A stretch of 20,000 nt of DNA from IMG/VR virus record IMGVR_UViG_3300022660_000083. One strand, 5' to 3'. Both the position numbers and the translations under genes were made by a program. The notes beneath the pieces were generated by a model. It was not told the origin of the DNA. It did not search any database and saw nothing but the letters and a program-made list of their open reading frames with translations. Each line of letters opens with the position of its first letter. Position 1 is the stretch's first letter. Source of the stretch: an uncultured virus (IMG/VR IMGVR_UViG_3300022660_000083). Its lineage: Duplodnaviria; Heunggongvirae; Uroviricota; Caudoviricetes. This document shows positions 1 to 10,018 of the stretch, piece by piece.

Positions 1-1
1 G

Positions 2-565
2 TTTGACCTTGAGTCTTACATTTCTAAGGAGTTTGCAAGACGAATTGGTAGCCGTGAGGAAGATGCGTTCTTCAATGGTGACGGTGTTGGTAAGCCTATC
101 GGTATCTTCAATGCAACGGGTGGTGCAGATGTGGGTGTAACTACTGCGAGTGCAACTGCTATCACTGCCGATGAACTTATCGACCTTTTCTATTCCCTTA
201 AAGCACCTTATAGAAAGAATGCCGTATGGGTTCTTAACGATGCAACCATTAAGGCAATCAGAAAACTTAAGGACAACAACGGTAACTACTTGTGGCAGCC
301 TGCACTTACTGCTAATACGCCCGATACCATTCTTGGTAAGCCTGTATTCACTTCGAGCTATGTTCCTACCATTGCGGCAGGTGCAAAGACTATCGCATTC
401 GGTGATTTCTCTTACTATTGGGTAGCTGATAGACAGTCTCGTAGTTTCAAGAAGCTTACTGAACTTTACGCTGCAACTGGTCAGGTCGGCTTTGTTGCTA
501 CTCAAAGAGTGGACGGTAAACTTATCCTTTCTGAGGCAATCAAGGTACTTGCACAGAAGGAGTAA
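2..565 (+). CDS. Phage major capsid protein, HK97 family (5'-truncated by window)
   Basis: Frame is open from base 2 (FDLESYISKEFARRIGSREEDAFFNGDGVGKPIG...). Contains KLKDNNGNYLWQP, ILGKPV, FGDFSYY and RVDGK motifs typical of HK97-type capsid C-termini. Confidence 0.95.
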   Translation, partial: FDLESYISKEFARRIGSREEDAFFNGDGVGKPIGIFNATGGADVGVTTASATAITADELIDLFYSLKAPYRKNAVWVLNDATIKAIRKLKDNNGNYLWQPALTANTPDTILGKPVFTSSYVPTIAAGAKTIAFGDFSYYWVADRQSRSFKKLTELYAATGQVGFVATQRVDGKLILSEAIKVLAQKE

Positions 566-585
566 TCAAATAGGAGGTGGCAGTT

Positions 586-903
586 ATGATGGCTAGAGAT
601 TTACTTGCAAGGGTGAAAGAAAATTTAATCATTACATTCAATGACGATGACAGTCTTATTCTCGGTTTCATAACTGCCGCCATATCCTATGCGGAAAGTT
701 ATCAACACTTAACCGAAGGCACATACAAGCACTTCCCAATGCCGCCTACCACACAACAAGCTGTCATTATGCTAGCATCCTACTTTTACGAATCTCGTGA
801 TGGTAGTACGGGTGGGTTCTTTGCTAACTCACCTCAAGCAGCAGACCAAGTGTGGAAGACGGTAAATATCTTATTGCGACTAGATAAGCGTTGGGAGGTG
901 TAG
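586..903 (+). CDS. Head-tail connector protein (HK97 gp6-like)
   Basis: VKENLIITFNDDDSLI...AAISYAESY...QAVIMLASYFYESR; directly after capsid. AGGAGG at 572-577 favours ATG 586 over GTG 577. Confidence 0.88.
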   Translation: MMARDLLARVKENLIITFNDDDSLILGFITAAISYAESYQHLTEGTYKHFPMPPTTQQAVIMLASYFYESRDGSTGGFFANSPQAADQVWKTVNILLRLDKRWEV

Positions 904-905
904 GT

Positions 906-1241
906 ATGGCTTTGGGACAAATGAATAAACCTGCATTGCTCTGCGAAAAGGTGTTTGTGACCGATTCTGAGGGCTTTTCTACGCCCAACGTTTGCATTTT
1001 AGCCAACCTTCGAGTGTTTGTTGAAGGACGTCACGGAAGCGAAAGGTGGGCGAATTTGGCGGCTTTTAGCGAGGCAACCGAACTGTTCCGTTTCAGGAAA
1101 ATACCTAACCTTAAAATCACAACTAAGCAATACATCATTTTTGAAGATGAAGAGTACAATATCCTTTCGGTTGAGGACATCAAAGGAAGGAATATGTATA
1201 TTGAAGTTTTGGCAAAAAAGGTGGTGGCATCGGGTGGCTAA
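906..1241 (+). CDS. Head-closure / head-tail adaptor protein (SPP1 gp16-like)
   Basis: TDSEGF...FRFRKIP...YNILSVEDIKGRNMYIEVLA; synteny; GGAGG upstream of ATG 906. Confidence 0.85.
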   Translation: MALGQMNKPALLCEKVFVTDSEGFSTPNVCILANLRVFVEGRHGSERWANLAAFSEATELFRFRKIPNLKITTKQYIIFEDEEYNILSVEDIKGRNMYIEVLAKKVVASGG

Positions 1242-1647
1242 ATGTATTTGCAAATTGCCTGAAGACTTACTTAAAAAGCTCTCAAAACTAGGCAGCAAAA
1301 TGGATGACGTTAGTGAAGTTGTGCTTGAGGCTGGCGGTGAGGTTGTTTTGGATAAAGTTAAAAGCAATCTTGAAAGCGTACTAAGTGGTGAATCTACAGG
1401 TGAACTTGTAGGTTCGCTTGGCTTAACCAAAGTTAGAGTTGGCAAGGATGGTAATCACAACATCAAGGTTGGTTTTGCCGAGCCAAGAAAAGATGGTAAG
1501 TCAAACGCTATGATAGCCAATATCCTTGAGTATGGCAAAAGCGGACAAGAGGCTCGACCTTTTCTTAAACCTGCAAAGAAGCAATCAAAGAAAGCGTGCA
1601 TAGATGTTATGACACGAAAACTTGAGGAGGAGCTAGATAAGATATGA
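1234..1647 (+). CDS. HK97 gp10-family neck/tail protein
   Basis: STGELVGSL...ANILEYGKSGQEARPFLKPA motif. Start taken as in-frame GTG 1234 overlapping the upstream stop, not 1018 as in the ORF track. Confidence 0.85.
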   Translation: MAKCICKLPEDLLKKLSKLGSKMDDVSEVVLEAGGEVVLDKVKSNLESVLSGESTGELVGSLGLTKVRVGKDGNHNIKVGFAEPRKDGKSNAMIANILEYGKSGQEARPFLKPAKKQSKKACIDVMTRKLEEELDKI

Positions 1648-1985
1648 GTATTTTAGCAGATGTGAAATTGCTGTTTGAACCACTAGACTTGCCTATTGAA
1701 ACGGGCGTGTATAAAGGTGATGCAGTGGACTCTTATATCGTTCTTGTTCCTATGTCGGACGGGTTCGTTCTTCATGCGGATAACGTGCCAAACGGTGAGG
1801 TGCAAGAGCTACGAATTTCACTTTATTCAAAGAGCAATTATAGGAAAATAACAAACCAAATCGTGAAACTTCTTTTAGAAGCAGATTTTACGATTACTGA
1901 CCGAAGATATATCGGTTACGAAACTGAAACAGGATACTACCACTATGTGGTAGACACCGAAAAAAATTACGAACTGGAGGATTAA
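1644..1985 (+). CDS. Putative tail terminator/completion protein
   Basis: 113 aa between the gp10-like and major tail genes; ATGA overlap; C-terminal YETETGYYHY motif. Confidence 0.7.
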   Translation: MSILADVKLLFEPLDLPIETGVYKGDAVDSYIVLVPMSDGFVLHADNVPNGEVQELRISLYSKSNYRKITNQIVKLLLEADFTITDRRYIGYETETGYYHYVVDTEKNYELED

Positions 1986-1990
1986 AAATT

Positions 1991-2593
1991 ATGGCAACAA
2001 TCGGTCTTGATAAACTGTATTATGCAAAAATTACCGAAGCTGAAAATGGTGATGAAACCTATGGTACTCCCATTCAGCTTGCTAAGGCTATCTCGGCAGA
2101 CCTTTCGGTAGAACTTGCTGAGGCTACTCTTTATGCTGACGATGGTACGGCAGAAGTGGCAAAGGAATTCAAATCAGGTACTCTTTCGCTTGGTATTGAT
2201 GATATCGGCAACGTGGCAGCATCCGACCTTACGGGAGCAACCATTGATAAAAACAATGTAGTGGTTTCCGCATCAGAGGATAACGGTTCACCTGTAGCCA
2301 TTGGTTTTAGAGCTAAGAAAGCAAACGGTAAGTATCGTTATTTTTGGCTTTATAGGGTTGTGTTCGGTATCCCTGCTACAAACCTTGCTACAAAGGGTGA
2401 CAGTATCACTTTCTCTACACCGACCATTGAAGGAACGGTTCTTCGTAGAAACAAAGCAGATACTCGTGGTAAACATCCTTGGAAGGCAGAGGTTACCGAA
2501 GGCGATACTACAAGCACAACTACAATTACCAATTGGTACAAAGAGGTTTACGAACCTACTTATTCAACTACGACTACAGGAGGTAGCAACTAA
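1991..2593 (+). CDS. Major tail protein (phi13-like family)
   Basis: MATIGLDKLYYAKI, LYADDG, VAIGFRAKKANGKYRYFWLY motifs; GGAGG RBS. Confidence 0.92.
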   Translation: MATIGLDKLYYAKITEAENGDETYGTPIQLAKAISADLSVELAEATLYADDGTAEVAKEFKSGTLSLGIDDIGNVAASDLTGATIDKNNVVVSASEDNGSPVAIGFRAKKANGKYRYFWLYRVVFGIPATNLATKGDSITFSTPTIEGTVLRRNKADTRGKHPWKAEVTEGDTTSTTTITNWYKEVYEPTYSTTTTGGSN

Positions 2594-2976
2594 TGAGTGC
2601 AGATAGAACAGCAACTATTACTATTGGCGGTGAGGAATATACGCTTATCCTTACTACGAAGGCAACAAAGGAAATCGCAGGAAGATACGGTGGTCTTGAA
2701 AATCTTGGTGATAAGCTCATGAAGAGTGAGAACTTTGAACTTGCGATTGGTGAAATCGTATGGCTTATTACCGTTCTTGCAAATCAGTCTATCCTTATTC
2801 ACAACCTTACAAACAAGGATAATCAGAAGGAACTTTTAACCGAGGATAAGGTGGAACTTTTGACAACGCCTTTCGACCTTGCTACCTATAAAGCAGCAAT
2901 TACCGAGGCTCTTTATAAAGGCACAAAACGAAATATTGCAAGTGAGACTAGCGAAAAAAACGCACAAGTCGGGTAA
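2593..2976 (+). CDS. Tail assembly chaperone (gpG-like)
   Basis: Between major tail and tape measure genes; ends in slippery heptamer A AAA AAC at 2955-2961. Confidence 0.85.
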   Translation: MSADRTATITIGGEEYTLILTTKATKEIAGRYGGLENLGDKLMKSENFELAIGEIVWLITVLANQSILIHNLTNKDNQKELLTEDKVELLTTPFDLATYKAAITEALYKGTKRNIASETSEKNAQVG

Positions 2977-3164
2977 GTGACGAAGAGTTATTTACTCGAC
3001 TTTTATATTACGGCTTAGCACATCTCCACCTTTCGCAGGATGAGGTGTGGTTTATGCCTTTCGGTCTACTCCTTGACCTTTGGGAATGCCATAAACAATT
3101 TAACGGAATGGCAAAGCCTAGAGTGGAAAGAGATATAGACGATATTATCCCGTATGGAATTTAA
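2955..3164 (+). CDS. Tail chaperone -1 frameshift extension (gpT part of gpGT)
   Basis: The -1 frame is open from the slippery site to TAA 3162-3164: RTSRVSDEELFTRLLYYGLAHLHLSQDEVWFMPFGLLLDLWECHKQFNGMAKPRVERDIDDIIPYGI. Not in the ORF track. Confidence 0.82.
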   Translation, partial: KKRTSRVSDEELFTRLLYYGLAHLHLSQDEVWFMPFGLLLDLWECHKQFNGMAKPRVERDIDDIIPYGI

Positions 3165-3183
3165 CAACAAGGAGGTGAGGTAA

Positions 3184-5925
3184 ATGGCAGACAATTTCGG
3201 ATTAAAAATCGGTCTTGAAGGCGAAAAAGAGTTCAAAGCGGCACTTGCTGAAATAAACCAACAGTTCAAAGTTCTAGGCTCGGAAATGCGACTTGTCGAG
3301 TCAGAGTTCGGTAAGAACAACACCTCCGTAGAAGGCTTGACTGCACGAAATCAAGTCTTAAGCAAGGAAATTGAAGCACAAAAGCAACGCATCGAGGTTT
3401 TAAGACAAGCGTTAGCCAATGCAACCGAGTCTTTTGGTGAAACGGATAAAAGAACACAAGCATGGCAGATCCAACTGAACAACGCTCAAGCTGAACTAAA
3501 CAATATGCAGCGTGAGCTAGACCAAAATAATGATGCTTTGGAACGAGCTGCGGATGGTCTTGATGATGCCGAAAAAGAAGCTGACGATTTTGGTGATGAG
3601 GTTGAAGATGCAGGAAAACAAAGTGAAGATGCAGGTGGCAAGTTCGATGGTCTTGGTACTACTTGTAAAGCAGTAGCAGCCACGCTTGCTGCCGCCTTCG
3701 CTGCCGTATCTGCCGCAGCTATTTCTGCAGGTAAAGCACTTGTAGATATGACAACTGAAGGTGCGGCTTATGCTGATACAGTCTTAACCGAGTCAACAGT
3801 TACAGGCATTGCAACCGACAAACTCCAAGAATATATGTACGCTGCCGAACTTGTGGATGTTTCTACTGAAACCTTAACCAAGTCAATGGCAAAGCAGATA
3901 AAGAGTATGAAAGCCGTTCAAGACGGAACAAAACTCTCTGCCGAGGCATACGAAAAACTTGGTGTTGAGGTCTTGAATGCAGACGGTAGTCTTCGTGATA
4001 GTGATACGGTCTATTGGGAGGTTATCGATGCATTAGGAAAGCTAGAAAATGAAACCGAGCGTGATGCTTTAGGTATGCAAATTCTAGGTAAATCGGCACA
4101 GGAACTTAATCCGCTTATTGAAGCAGGTGCAGAGAGAATGAAAGAACTCGGCAACCAAGCAAGAGAGGCAGGATATGTTGTCGGTGACGATATGCTTAAT
4201 GCTTACGGTGCTCTCGATGACCAAATTCAATATCTTAACGTTGGAACTACGGCAGCAAAGAATGCTCTAGGCACAGTACTTTTACCAATTCTTACTGACC
4301 TTGCAACAGACGGTGTTGACCTTCTTGGTGAGTTCACGAACGGAATTCTAGCAGCCAATGGTGACATAGGTGCGATGTCTGATGTCATCGGTGATATCTT
4401 ACCGAAAGCACTCGATATGGTTATGGCGTATGTGCCTGAACTGTTAGAAATGATAGGAGAGGTTGTTGGTTCGTTAGGTCAAGCAATAGTGGATAATTTA
4501 CCTATTATTGTTGATTCAGCAACGCAAATAATCTTCTCAATTCTAAATGGTCTGATAGCAGGTTTACCAAAAATAGCAGACGGTGCTTTGCAGCTCGTTT
4601 TAGGACTAGTTGACGGAATACTAGCACAGTTGCCGTTGCTAATTAAAGTGGCGGCAGAGGTCATTGTTACGCTTGCAAACGGCATCGCAAAGTCCATACC
4701 GAAACTTATACCAACGCTTGTCAAAGTGGTAGTGGAGGTATGCACAACTCTAGTTAAAAATTTGCCTTTAATTTTAGATGCGGCACTTCAACTTATTATG
4801 GGTCTTGCTCAAGGTATCCTTGATGCCATTCCTGTTTTAATTGAGGCTCTGCCTGAACTTATCCAAGCAATTCTTGATTTTATCATTGATGCAATACCTC
4901 AAATTATAGACGCAGGAATTCAGCTTTTGACATCCCTTGTCGATGCTTTGCCTGTTATTATTGCAGCCATTGTAGAGGTAATTCCACAGATTATTTCAAG
5001 CATTATAGAGGCGGTGCTTACTGCAATTCCAATGATTGTTGAAGCAGGTATCGAGCTTTTGACTTCGCTTATTGATGCTTTGCCGACCATTATTTTGACG
5101 ATAGTGGAGGCTATTCCTCAAATTATCGAAGGCATCATTACTGCGGTTATAGCAGCTATTCCTCAAATTATAGAGGCAGGTATTACGCTTCTTACATCTT
5201 TGGTAGGTGCATTGCCTGATATTATAATCGGCATTATTGAGGCAATACCTGAAATTATAAACGGAATTATAAATGCGTTACTCGACAACATCGGTCTTTT
5301 GATACAGGCAGGTGTTGAACTGTTTATGGCGTTGATTACAAATCTCCCAACCATAATCATTGAGCTTGTAAAAGCAGTACCTCAAATCTTATCTGCATTG
5401 ATAGAGGCTTTTGGTAAAGGAATCGGCTCTTTTGTAGATATCGGTGCGAATCTTGTAAAAGGCTTGTGGGAAGGTATACAAAGTCTTGCTACATGGCTTT
5501 GGGATAAGGTTTCAAGTTGGGCTAGTGACCTTTGGGATGGTATTTGTGATTTCTTTGGTATCCATTCACCGTCAAGAAAAATGGCGTGGATCGGTGACAT
5601 GATGATGGAAGGTTTGGCAGGTGGTATTGACGAGTCTGCAGGACTTGCAATTAAGTCTGCTACCGATATGACAGACGATTTGAACTCCGTGTTTAATGAT
5701 TTGTCGGCAGACCTTACGACTGCCTTACCCGAAGCAATAGATGTTAACGCAGTGAAATCAACAAGCCTTGATGGTGTGAAAAACGGAGGTGCTAGTGGCT
5801 TTGTGCTGCAACTTAGCATTGGTACTTTCAATAACTACACAAACGAGGATATTACTGAACTTACAAACGAAATAATGCAAACTGCAGGAGCATTTATGAA
5901 ACGCAAGGAGGTGTTGTTGGGATGA
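3184..5925 (+). CDS. Tape measure protein
   Basis: 913 aa; N-terminal GLKIGLEGEKEFK coiled coil, amphipathic repeats and FFGIHSPSR motif; canonical position. Confidence 0.95.
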   Translation: MADNFGLKIGLEGEKEFKAALAEINQQFKVLGSEMRLVESEFGKNNTSVEGLTARNQVLSKEIEAQKQRIEVLRQALANATESFGETDKRTQAWQIQLNNAQAELNNMQRELDQNNDALERAADGLDDAEKEADDFGDEVEDAGKQSEDAGGKFDGLGTTCKAVAATLAAAFAAVSAAAISAGKALVDMTTEGAAYADTVLTESTVTGIATDKLQEYMYAAELVDVSTETLTKSMAKQIKSMKAVQDGTKLSAEAYEKLGVEVLNADGSLRDSDTVYWEVIDALGKLENETERDALGMQILGKSAQELNPLIEAGAERMKELGNQAREAGYVVGDDMLNAYGALDDQIQYLNVGTTAAKNALGTVLLPILTDLATDGVDLLGEFTNGILAANGDIGAMSDVIGDILPKALDMVMAYVPELLEMIGEVVGSLGQAIVDNLPIIVDSATQIIFSILNGLIAGLPKIADGALQLVLGLVDGILAQLPLLIKVAAEVIVTLANGIAKSIPKLIPTLVKVVVEVCTTLVKNLPLILDAALQLIMGLAQGILDAIPVLIEALPELIQAILDFIIDAIPQIIDAGIQLLTSLVDALPVIIAAIVEVIPQIISSIIEAVLTAIPMIVEAGIELLTSLIDALPTIILTIVEAIPQIIEGIITAVIAAIPQIIEAGITLLTSLVGALPDIIIGIIEAIPEIINGIINALLDNIGLLIQAGVELFMALITNLPTIIIELVKAVPQILSALIEAFGKGIGSFVDIGANLVKGLWEGIQSLATWLWDKVSSWASDLWDGICDFFGIHSPSRKMAWIGDMMMEGLAGGIDESAGLAIKSATDMTDDLNSVFNDLSADLTTALPEAIDVNAVKSTSLDGVKNGGASGFVLQLSIGTFNNYTNEDITELTNEIMQTAGAFMKRKEVLLG
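4912..5400 (+). repeat. 132-bp (44-aa) degenerate tandem repeats in tape measure gene
   Basis: AGI(Q/E/T)LLTSL / AGVELFMAL units start at 4912, 5044, 5176 and 5308, exactly 132 bp apart. Confidence 0.9.
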
Positions 5926-6653
5926 ATTATTTTGTTTATAACGGTGTTCGTTCTACCGATATGGGAGTGCGAATTATGTCGAAAAATGTATTCTCTGCAC
6001 CCAAGTATGACTTGACCTTTCAAGCAATACCAGGAAGAAATGGTGACCTAATCAATCCGAATGGTCGCTTTCCTAATGTAACGGTGAGTTATACTTGTTT
6101 CCTTCCTGCAAAAAGCATAAGTGAGCTTGCAGAGAAAATAATGAGTTTGAAGGCTTGGCTTTATACCGAACCCGATAGATACCACATCTTGACGGATAGT
6201 TATGACACGTGCTTTCAACGCAAAGCAGTCTTTAATAACAAACTTGATATTGCTGATGAGATAAATAAAATCGGTACATTCACCGTGAATTTTTCTTGTC
6301 AGCCTTTTAGGTTTTCTATTGCAGGACAAAAGAAAAGTAGCCACACGGCTACGAGTTTTTCACTTACAAATCCTTATCCTTTCACTGCCAAACCATATCT
6401 AAAAATAAGTGGTAGTGGAAGCGGAAGAGTTATTGTTCAGTCGAGTTCGTATAACGCAATATGGTCATTCTTAGATATTGACGAGTATGTTGAATGCGAC
6501 TCTGAAATGATGAACTTTTATAAGGATACAATTCTTAAAAATGACACGGTTGAGGGTGACGGTTTTCCACTTTTACATCAAGGTAAGAACACCATTACTT
6601 TTGACGGTGGAATTACAAAAGTCGAAATTATACCGAGGTGGGTGAGCATATGA
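5922..6653 (+). CDS. Distal tail protein (Dit)
   Basis: MNYFVYNG...IPGRNGDL...FSCQPF...GFPLLHQGKNTI...IIPRW; follows tape measure gene with ATGA overlap. Confidence 0.88.
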   Translation: MNYFVYNGVRSTDMGVRIMSKNVFSAPKYDLTFQAIPGRNGDLINPNGRFPNVTVSYTCFLPAKSISELAEKIMSLKAWLYTEPDRYHILTDSYDTCFQRKAVFNNKLDIADEINKIGTFTVNFSCQPFRFSIAGQKKSSHTATSFSLTNPYPFTAKPYLKISGSGSGRVIVQSSSYNAIWSFLDIDEYVECDSEMMNFYKDTILKNDTVEGDGFPLLHQGKNTITFDGGITKVEIIPRWVSI

Positions 6654-9600
6654 TTCCAATTCTTTATAAAGAAGATACAACTAACTTTTCTACCTATGGT
6701 ATTGGCACTTTGACGGATACGATTTCTTGTGAAGTGACCGAAGAGCGAAACGGTGTATATGAGTGCGTGATTAAGTATCCTGTAACAGGTGTGCATTTTG
6801 GTGAGATTACAAAGGAAAGGCTTATAAAAGCAAAGCCCAATGACACATCGAATCCTCAAGCATTCCGCATTTACAGGATAACAACACCACTTAATGGCAT
6901 CGTGAAAATCCATGCACAACACATCTCGTATGACCTTATAGGAATTCCTGTGCCGATTTGTTCAACAGCACCTATGATGCCGCAGTTACTTGTGGATCAG
7001 TTATTTGCATCGGCACTTGTTCCTCACAACTTTACATTCAAAACCGAATATACGCTGCCTCAAAGGTGTGAAATCGCAAAACCTAAGAACTTAAGAGCAG
7101 TGCTTGGTGGTTCAGGTGGTTCTGTTCTTGATGTGTGGGGTGGTGAGTTTGAATGGGATAACTTTGAGGTTATTCATCACAAGGAACGTGGTGCAAATAA
7201 CGGTGTTGTCATCGAGTATGGAAAGAACCTAACCAAGCTAGAACAAGATAGCGATATTAGTGAAATCTACACCGACCTTTTGCCTTATGCAGTGTCTACG
7301 GATGAAGAAGGAGTGGAAACGGTAGTTACACTTGTTGAACAGACTCTACCGATTACCAAAACAACGCTAAAACAAAAGAAGATACTCATTAAGGACTTTA
7401 CCGACTCATTTGAAATGGGTGAAAGTATACATCACAACGAGCTAAGGTTAAAGGCGAAAGATTATATATCCAACAACCCACTTGGCGTGGAAACACCGTC
7501 ACTTACGATTTCCTTTGCAGCTCTTTGGAAACAACCTGAATATCCTGCGTTACTTGAGCGTGTTTCTCTTTGCGACACAGTAATGGTAAAGCATATTGAT
7601 TATGGCGTTTCGGTGAAACAAAAGGTCATTAAAACGGTCTATGATTCGTTGCTTGAAAGGTATATATCTATCACGCTTGGTGCAGTTAAGTCTAACTTTA
7701 TAAACGAGGTATCTAGCACCAAAGTGGCAATGCAAACTGTAACGCAAACAGTGGATAGAATGCCTACGCTAGTAAATGCTGCAATCAATAACGCAACAAA
7801 GCTCATTACAGGTCAAAAAGGCGGTTATGTCATTCTCAACGGTGATAGCGAAACAAGTATGCCTTATGAGTTGCTTGTTTTAGACCAACCGAATATTGCT
7901 GATGCAGTTAATGTATGGCGTTGGAACGTTGGTGGACTTGGCTTTTCATCTAATGGCTATAATGGTCCTTACGAAACGGCTATCACATCAGACGGTCAAA
8001 TTGTAGCGGACTTTATTACCACAGGCACACTTTTAGCAGACATCATAAAGGCAGGAATTATCTCTTCTAAAGACGGTTCTTCCTATTGGAATATCGATAC
8101 GGGTGAGGTGGTAATTAAAGCCTATGCAACAAGTGATGCTCTAAATAAAGCAGTAGAAGGGCTTGAAGGTAGCATTGAAAAGGTGGAAACAACCTTCACT
8201 CAAAGAGCAACGAGCATTGAGGCAAGAGTAACTACCAACGAAACAAACATCTCATCCTTAACCGTATCGGTTGGTAAGGTGGAAACGAGGGTAAGCACTG
8301 CCGAAGGTAATCTCTCTTCGCTTACAACCGATGTTAGTGGAATTAAAACCCGTGTATCTAGTGTGGAAGGTGACGTGTCAACCATCGAGCAAAATGTGTC
8401 TAGCATAACTACAAGAGTGGCAAATGCTGAAGGAGATATCTCTTCCCTTGAAACAAGCGTTAGTGGTATTTCCACAAGGGTATCTACGGCTGAAGGAAAC
8501 ATATCTAGCCTTACGCAAACGGTAAATGGCTTTAACACTAGAATTTCTACGACTGAGGGTAATATCTCAACCATTTCTCAAAGTGTATCAAGCCTTACAA
8601 CACGCATAGCTACTGCAGAGGGAGATATTTCAACTCTTGAGCAAACAACAAGTTCACTTTCTGCAACAGTAGCCACAAAAGTTGGTAGCGAAGGTGGTAG
8701 CACTTCGTCATTCGGTTGGAGTTTGACGAGTAGTGGTTTTTACCTTTATTCCAATAGCTCAACCGTTATGTCCGTCACAAGTTCAGGTCTTTCGGTGAGT
8801 GGTTCAATTACTGCGACATCAGGAACGATAGGTGGCTTTACCATTGGATCTACCAAACTATACAAGACCAAAACTGCTTATAACAACACAACTGCAGGTG
8901 TTTATCTTGGAACGGACGGTATTGGACTAGGTGCAGGAACTTTCTATGTAACCTCGGCAGGATATCTTTATGCGACAAGTGGCAAAATCGGTGGTATGAG
9001 CTTAAACGCAAGTCAGATGTATTCTGACAACTTTATTTTAGGTACTGTTTACGATGCAAACGACTCTTCAAAATCCTTTACCACGCTTTCTTTTGGTTCT
9101 ACGGACGGCACAACCTTTACGGCTACAACCGTTCTTACGAATAGTGGATGTTATATGTATTCCTTGTCTAGCGATTACATTTATTGTGGTGTTATTCGTG
9201 CAATGTCCATAAGAGCAGATGCAGGTGTAAGTTCAACCACAGGTTTCTATTTTGGTTATTCGGGTGGTTCTGTTACTTACAGTGCAAAGCTTTCATGGAG
9301 TGGACAGATGCTTTACTTGAAGATTTATAACGAGGACGGAGTTCAAACTGCTCTTACTGAGGCAAAGACATTCGTTGTTCATTATGCCTGTATTTGGGGT
9401 GGAGATACCACTTGGAATGCTACTGTATCAAAAGGTTCAAGCTCCACATCCATTGACACGAATGCCTTTTGGGGTATTGATTATGCAACCTTTAACTATT
9501 CAAGCTCAAACAAGTCGCAGCACACCTACTATTTCACGATATCGGGAACTAGTGCTGCTACAACGATTACTGCTAGAGGACATATTGTGCCGTGGAGTGA

Positions 9601-10018
9601 TAATACCTACGATTTAGGTTCTGCCGCTTATAAATGGCGTAATATTTACGGACAAGCAGGTGTGGTTAACACTTCTGATAGAAACGAGAAATTTGACATT
9701 CTTCCAATGGCAGAGGTGTACGGACAAATCTTTGATAGACTTCTTCCTGTTACCTTCAAGTATGTAGATAATTCCAATGAAAGAACGCATATAGGTCTTG
9801 TAGCCCAGGATGTAAAAGATGCAATCTTGGATGTGGGACTTACTACAAAAGAGTTCGCAGGATATTGCGAGTGGAAGAACGAGGACGAAACTATCGGTTG
9901 TGGTCTTAGATACAGTGAGTTTGTTGCTATCAACATTTACGAAATTCAAAAATTAAAAGCTCGTGTAAAAGAGCTAGAAGAAAAATTAAAAACGGAGGAA
10001 ACAAACAATGAAACTTAA
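6650..10018 (+). CDS. Tal / tail spike-fibre protein with C-terminal peptidase S74-type intramolecular chaperone
   Basis: N-terminal prophage tail domain (CEVTEERNG...QAFRIYRI...WGGEFEWDNF), 21-aa coiled-coil repeats, SGTIGG beta-repeats, then YDLGS..KWRNIY, TSDRNEK, HIGLVAQDV, LRYSEF and a terminal coiled coil. ATG 6650 overlaps the Dit stop. Confidence 0.9.
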   Translation: MIPILYKEDTTNFSTYGIGTLTDTISCEVTEERNGVYECVIKYPVTGVHFGEITKERLIKAKPNDTSNPQAFRIYRITTPLNGIVKIHAQHISYDLIGIPVPICSTAPMMPQLLVDQLFASALVPHNFTFKTEYTLPQRCEIAKPKNLRAVLGGSGGSVLDVWGGEFEWDNFEVIHHKERGANNGVVIEYGKNLTKLEQDSDISEIYTDLLPYAVSTDEEGVETVVTLVEQTLPITKTTLKQKKILIKDFTDSFEMGESIHHNELRLKAKDYISNNPLGVETPSLTISFAALWKQPEYPALLERVSLCDTVMVKHIDYGVSVKQKVIKTVYDSLLERYISITLGAVKSNFINEVSSTKVAMQTVTQTVDRMPTLVNAAINNATKLITGQKGGYVILNGDSETSMPYELLVLDQPNIADAVNVWRWNVGGLGFSSNGYNGPYETAITSDGQIVADFITTGTLLADIIKAGIISSKDGSSYWNIDTGEVVIKAYATSDALNKAVEGLEGSIEKVETTFTQRATSIEARVTTNETNISSLTVSVGKVETRVSTAEGNLSSLTTDVSGIKTRVSSVEGDVSTIEQNVSSITTRVANAEGDISSLETSVSGISTRVSTAEGNISSLTQTVNGFNTRISTTEGNISTISQSVSSLTTRIATAEGDISTLEQTTSSLSATVATKVGSEGGSTSSFGWSLTSSGFYLYSNSSTVMSVTSSGLSVSGSITATSGTIGGFTIGSTKLYKTKTAYNNTTAGVYLGTDGIGLGAGTFYVTSAGYLYATSGKIGGMSLNASQMYSDNFILGTVYDANDSSKSFTTLSFGSTDGTTFTATTVLTNSGCYMYSLSSDYIYCGVIRAMSIRADAGVSSTTGFYFGYSGGSVTYSAKLSWSGQMLYLKIYNEDGVQTALTEAKTFVVHYACIWGGDTTWNATVSKGSSSTSIDTNAFWGIDYATFNYSSSNKSQHTYYFTISGTSAATTITARGHIVPWSDNTYDLGSAAYKWRNIYGQAGVVNTSDRNEKFDILPMAEVYGQIFDRLLPVTFKYVDNSNERTHIGLVAQDVKDAILDVGLTTKEFAGYCEWKNEDETIGCGLRYSEFVAINIYEIQKLKARVKELEEKLKTEETNNET
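8222..8662 (+). repeat. Seven 63-bp (21-aa) degenerate tandem repeats in the tail spike stalk
   Basis: (A/T)R(V/I)xxxE(G/T)(N/D)(I/L/V)S(S/T) units start at 8222, 8285, 8348, 8411, 8474, 8537 and 8600. Confidence 0.92.

Noticed and set aside
1018..1233. N-terminal extension of the gp10-like ORF (also upstream starts at 577, 891, 6638, 10375, 16007)
   Set aside because: These overlap upstream genes or their own RBS; downstream starts with proper SD spacing or stop/start coupling fit better.
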